Below, piece after piece: positions 61,401-64,000 of a stretch of DNA of 64,000 nucleotides (position 1 is the stretch's first letter; every line of letters starts with the position of its first letter). The position numbers were made by a program, and so were the translations under genes. This DNA comes from Candidatus Obscuribacteraceae bacterium (lineage in GTDB: Bacteria; Cyanobacteriota; Vampirovibrionia; Obscuribacterales; Obscuribacteraceae), in contig JBGAHS010000002.1 in the NCBI GenBank assembly GCA_044226015.1, positions 465,571 through 529,570 on the forward strand, written 5' to 3'. Under the pieces are notes generated by a model that made no database searches, was not told the origin of the DNA, and saw only the letters and a program-made list of their open reading frames with translations.

Positions 61401-64000
61401 GCCAGGGCCAGCACAGAGCCACCAGCTCCACCGACCCCACCAGCACCGCCCTTGCCACCGGCACCACCTGCGGCAGTGGCTGATGCATTCGACAAACTAA
61501 ATGAAGCATCGCCCCCGTTGCCACCGTAGCCGGCTTCACCTCCGTTGCCGCCTACCAATTGTATGTTGGCGAGCGCGCCATTTATGATTGGAGCTGTAAG
61601 TTTCACGGCACCGCCAGCCGCACCAGCACCGCCATTACCACCGATTCCGCCGATTCCACCATTACCATTGTTTGAGCAGCAAGAGTCACCAGCAAGTCCA
61701 CCATTGCCTCCATTGGCGCCTAAGAGCTGAATACTTATAATGCCACCTATCGAGCTGCTTGCCGTAATAGTCACATTCCCTGACTTCCCCGCAGTGCCAC
61801 CATTGCCAGCGTTTCCGCCATTTCCAGAATTGTAGAAGGCACTGCTTCCATTACCGCCATCACCCCCTACAGAGCCAGCACCACCTCCACCCACAATCGA
61901 CTCTAATGTGACACTCCCTGCAGTAGCAGTCATGGTCACATTGCCACCAACACCGCCCGCAGCACCTACCCCACCATTTCCGCCAGCAGGTCCGTTCGAG
62001 AACGAAGTTCCACCATCGCCACCAGCACCAGCGTCAAAGCTCGCCCCCCCCACACTGATCAGCGAAGCATTGCTGGTCACACTCTTAGCAGTGAACGTAA
62101 TAGCGCCGCCTGCGCCACCTGCAGCAGCCGACCCACCGAGGCCTCCTTTGCCCGCAAGGTAGAGCTGAGAATCGTTACCAGCGCCACCAATACCACCAAA
62201 ACCAGAGCTTCCACCACGAGTATCTATGTTACTTGCATTTGTAGAGCCTAAAAATATGTTTCCAGCAGCAGCACTCACGGTTACAACTCCGCCAGCAGCA
62301 CCTACTGCGGCAGTAACAGCGTTGCCGCCATTGCCACCGTTGCCCAAAGCACCACTAGCAATACCACCACTTCCAGCCGCAGGTGCAGTGCTAAACGCCA
62401 CAGATCCTCCCGACGTGACGATAGAGATTTCATCCCCAACATTAAAGCGATCTACATCACTTGTGGTAGCGGTAAGAGCCACAGCACCGCCAATACCTGG
62501 TCGGGCGGAGAGAGCGAGGTTTCCGCCTGCGCCACCATTACCCAGTGAACCAACACCACCATTTCCTGCGTTACCAGACACAAACGCCGATCCGCCTGCT
62601 GCTGAAATTGTCGCATTTGAATAAATAATCTTAGTCCCAACTAGCTTGACAGCCCCTGCATTTCCGGCAGAACCGACCGAAGCAAGAACATTGCCTCCGG
62701 CACCACCATTGGTACCACCGTCTCCGCCATCCCCAGCAGAACCGGGAACGCCCAGTCCAGCGCTTCCTCCATTTGTAGTTATCGAGCTTAAGAAAGTGAC
62801 TAAGCCTGACTTAGCAGTGAGGCTCACAATACCGCCATTACCACCAGCACCATTAGCGCCGCCTGCACCACCAGCGCCGCCGCTAGCAATTGTAGATTCT
62901 CCGCCCGCCCCACCACTAGCCCCGGTGCCGCCCGAACCACCGACAGCTCCAATACCAGCCCCTAAGGTGAGAGAAGTCCCAGCAGACAAAGTCACATTTC
63001 CTGCTGCACCTCCGGCCCCAGCCAGAGAGGAGTTGCCAGCAGCGCCAGCAGCCGTCGACGAGTCTCCAGAACTTCCGCCGTTCTGTCCATCGCCGCCTGC
63101 ACCTCCCGAGGAATCAATAGTCAATTGAGCGCCTAGAAAAGTACCAGACGTGAGGTTGACAGCACCGCCCAATCCACCCGCGCCACCGATACCAGCTGAG
63201 CCACCAGCCCCGCTTGAACCAGTGGATGAAGCCCCTGATGAGCCACCATATCCAGCGATACCGCCACCCCCTCCCACGGCGAACACTTTGCCTGTCAAAC
63301 CTAATGACGTACTTGCAGATATGCTGACAGCGCCAGCATTGCCGCCTTTGCCACCAGCGCCACCAGTTCCTCCAGCGGCAGAGTTGCCAAACGAGGCTAC
63401 CCCAGAATCAGCTGCCCCACCCGAGGCTGAACCAGCACCGCCAGAGCTGATGATTGATATGTTTTCCGAGCTCGACAAAAGAATACCGCCAGCACTAGCC
63501 TTCAAAGTGATAGCGGCACCATTTCCCCCAGCCCCAGGTAGCCCAAGAGAACCGCCCTTGCCTGAAATGCCACCAGTCGAGGCGCCGCCTGGCGCACCAT
63601 TAGCTACAGCACCAGCAGCGCCACCACTGCTAGAAATTTGGAAGAAGCTGGCTCCAGCCGTATTGACCGAAGCTCCCTGGAGAGAAATAAAAGACCCCCT
63701 TCCACCAGCTCCAGCATTACCGGAATTGCCACCATCTCCCCCAATAACTCCCATACCGCCAAAACCACCAAAACCAGAACCGCCTCCCAGACCGCCGCTG
63801 GCGTTGATATCAGAGAACAAATTGAGCACGCCCGAAGATGTCACTGTAACAGAACCAGCACTGGCGCCACTGCCGGCATTGCCTCCTGCTGCACCCTTGC
63901 CTGCAGTGCCAAGCAGCGCATCGCCACCGACACCGCCACTGCCTCCGAATCCGCCATCGCCCCCAGTTATCACTAACGCACCGAGGGAAATGTCTCCCTT
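58460..64000 (-). CDS. Giant PE-PGRS-like Gly-rich repetitive protein with a globular C-terminal domain (5' end outside the window)
   Basis: Frame stays open to the window edge (>1840 aa); GGxGGxGG blocks alternate with hydrophobic beta-strands; about 220 non-repetitive C-terminal residues. Confidence 0.9.
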   Translation of the reverse strand, partial: KGDISLGALVITGGDGGFGGSGGVGGDALLGTAGKGAAGGNAGSGASAGSVTVTSSGVLNLFSDINASGGLGGGSGFGGFGGMGVIGGDGGNSGNAGAGGRGSFISLQGASVNTAGASFFQISSSGGAAGAVANGAPGGASTGGISGKGGSLGLPGAGGNGAAITLKASAGGILLSSSENISIISSGGAGSASGGAADSGVASFGNSAAGGTGGAGGKGGNAGAVSISASTSLGLTGKVFAVGGGGGIAGYGGSSGASSTGSSGAGGSAGIGGAGGLGGAVNLTSGTFLGAQLTIDSSGGAGGDGQNGGSSGDSSTAAGAAGNSSLAGAGGAAGNVTLSAGTSLTLGAGIGAVGGSGGTGASGGAGGESTIASGGAGGAGGANGAGGNGGIVSLTAKSGLVTFLSSITTNGGSAGLGVPGSAGDGGDGGTNGGAGGNVLASVGSAGNAGAVKLVGTKIIYSNATISAAGGSAFVSGNAGNGGVGSLGNGGAGGNLALSARPGIGGAVALTATTSDVDRFNVGDEISIVTSGGSVAFSTAPAAGSGGIASGALGNGGNGGNAVTAAVGAAGGVVTVSAAAGNIFLGSTNASNIDTRGGSSGFGGIGGAGNDSQLYLAGKGGLGGSAAAGGAGGAITFTAKSVTSNASLISVGGASFDAGAGGDGGTSFSNGPAGGNGGVGAAGGVGGNVTMTATAGSVTLESIVGGGGAGSVGGDGGNGSSAFYNSGNGGNAGNGGTAGKSGNVTITASSSIGGIISIQLLGANGGNGGLAGDSCCSNNGNGGIGGIGGNGGAGAAGGAVKLTAPIINGALANIQLVGGNGGEAGYGGNGGDASFSLSNASATAAGGAGGKGGAGGVGGAGGSVLALANTGAGTLILDTINTSGGIGGANNDAGDGGNGNNAGGVAGTSQAAGKGGSAGSVTLTALSTVSLGSIFASGGAGGDAAGRGGDGGNVVNPTGSAANGSAASSAGAGGAGGLVTITSTKSNVSSVDGLSSVTISSVGGAAGQILGRGGDGGNSGFLTPSGAKATTGGAGSAGAAGGAGGTIKISALKGSLTGMPSSSLDASGGVGSSTGLGPSSTPDGGSAGSVEKGNAAAGSAGGSGGVGGAGGSITILALGAPDITTVNATGGAGGGGVFIGGDGGISNQGTGGAGGSAGNGGAGGKGGTLTISLTTVGFGGTANLDVSGGSGGSQAPSSSGGAGGDSISSGSGGAGGASGRTGNGGAGGILSITTTTGKIATGAVEAVGGASGNSDSVGGAGGNSGLVATSTGGAGGAYLGVGAGGKGGTITYKTTTGIISSIDLEAAGGRAGVIAGGAGAGQTGIRGGAGGAVLTSGAGGLGGIINVTSTTGKITVFTVTNTGGFGALGAATAGAGGDGTAGLGGAGGSGSAGSAGGNGGNVTFSTNADINTFSFDASGGLGGDASIGGNGGVGALTSGGVGGRGGNGGTGGTGGNVTLNPGKSGTLTLNGNLLANGGVAGTAATGGAGGSGPSGAIGGVGGTGGRGGNGGVFVVSGKISAGPGITINAIGSAGGDGASGGGGGSGSISKGGNGGNGGNAGSGGNGGVVVIPTASASLAVVSFGLASPNFGSGGSGGSGFPSGVSGSNGGPGFNGAAGAVRTTMDDSDDNSDFWRPLKRQSRRNIAALPQMRERIEYLKSSRAANFRPVAFVQNAGLTIQDESLPFENVLLGSESHESNASIGKSRVYVAKGAAAFLISKGEQFAVLGLHDSANGDIAVLVDGQEFHLRAGEQLVVSQASDKRSWKDITPLPNLAVRSQTETSTKNGSRVLVSDYSIPSAYTHLPVLKRLSTSGSPEERRLHARIAKNAAVLHVLTSRKGQFKGYLN

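Noticed and set aside
59028..63128. Pro-rich plus-strand ORFs
   Set aside because: Antisense shadows of the Gly codons of the giant minus-strand gene.

Overview
Bacterial chromosomal window. The cyanobacteria-like housekeeping proteins and lack of photosynthesis genes suggest a non-photosynthetic Cyanobacteriota relative (Vampirovibrionia/Melainabacteria, Obscuribacterales-like); this is an inference. Core content: murG-ftsW-murD, a TPR protein, yebC, rlpA, gltX-cysS, tRNA-Ser(CGA), an A-adding-type tRNA nucleotidyltransferase, hemA-C-D/hemB with a BtuF-like protein, and the SRP RNA. Accessory content: a flotillin locus with two NfeD-like and two SPFH genes, degenerate signalling proteins (pseudokinase, His-less sensor kinase, stand-alone MshEN), several hydrolases, a methylated-deoxysugar/GT-C glycosylation cluster and the 3' part of a giant Gly-rich protein. 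The most striking unexplained signals are: (i) a dispersed palindromic repeat family (AACTC-N3-CGGTACCG-N3-GAGTT, 18 cores at 6 intergenic loci, in 50-66 bp tandem arrays); (ii) an IS1595-like protein whose catalytic region appears replaced by a DprA-type winged helix, next to perfect hairpins carrying the same core; (iii) paired NfeD-like proteins with His-rich Gly-X-Y versus Asp-rich repeats; (iv) candidate structured RNA leaders. No databases were run; family calls come from motif recognition.
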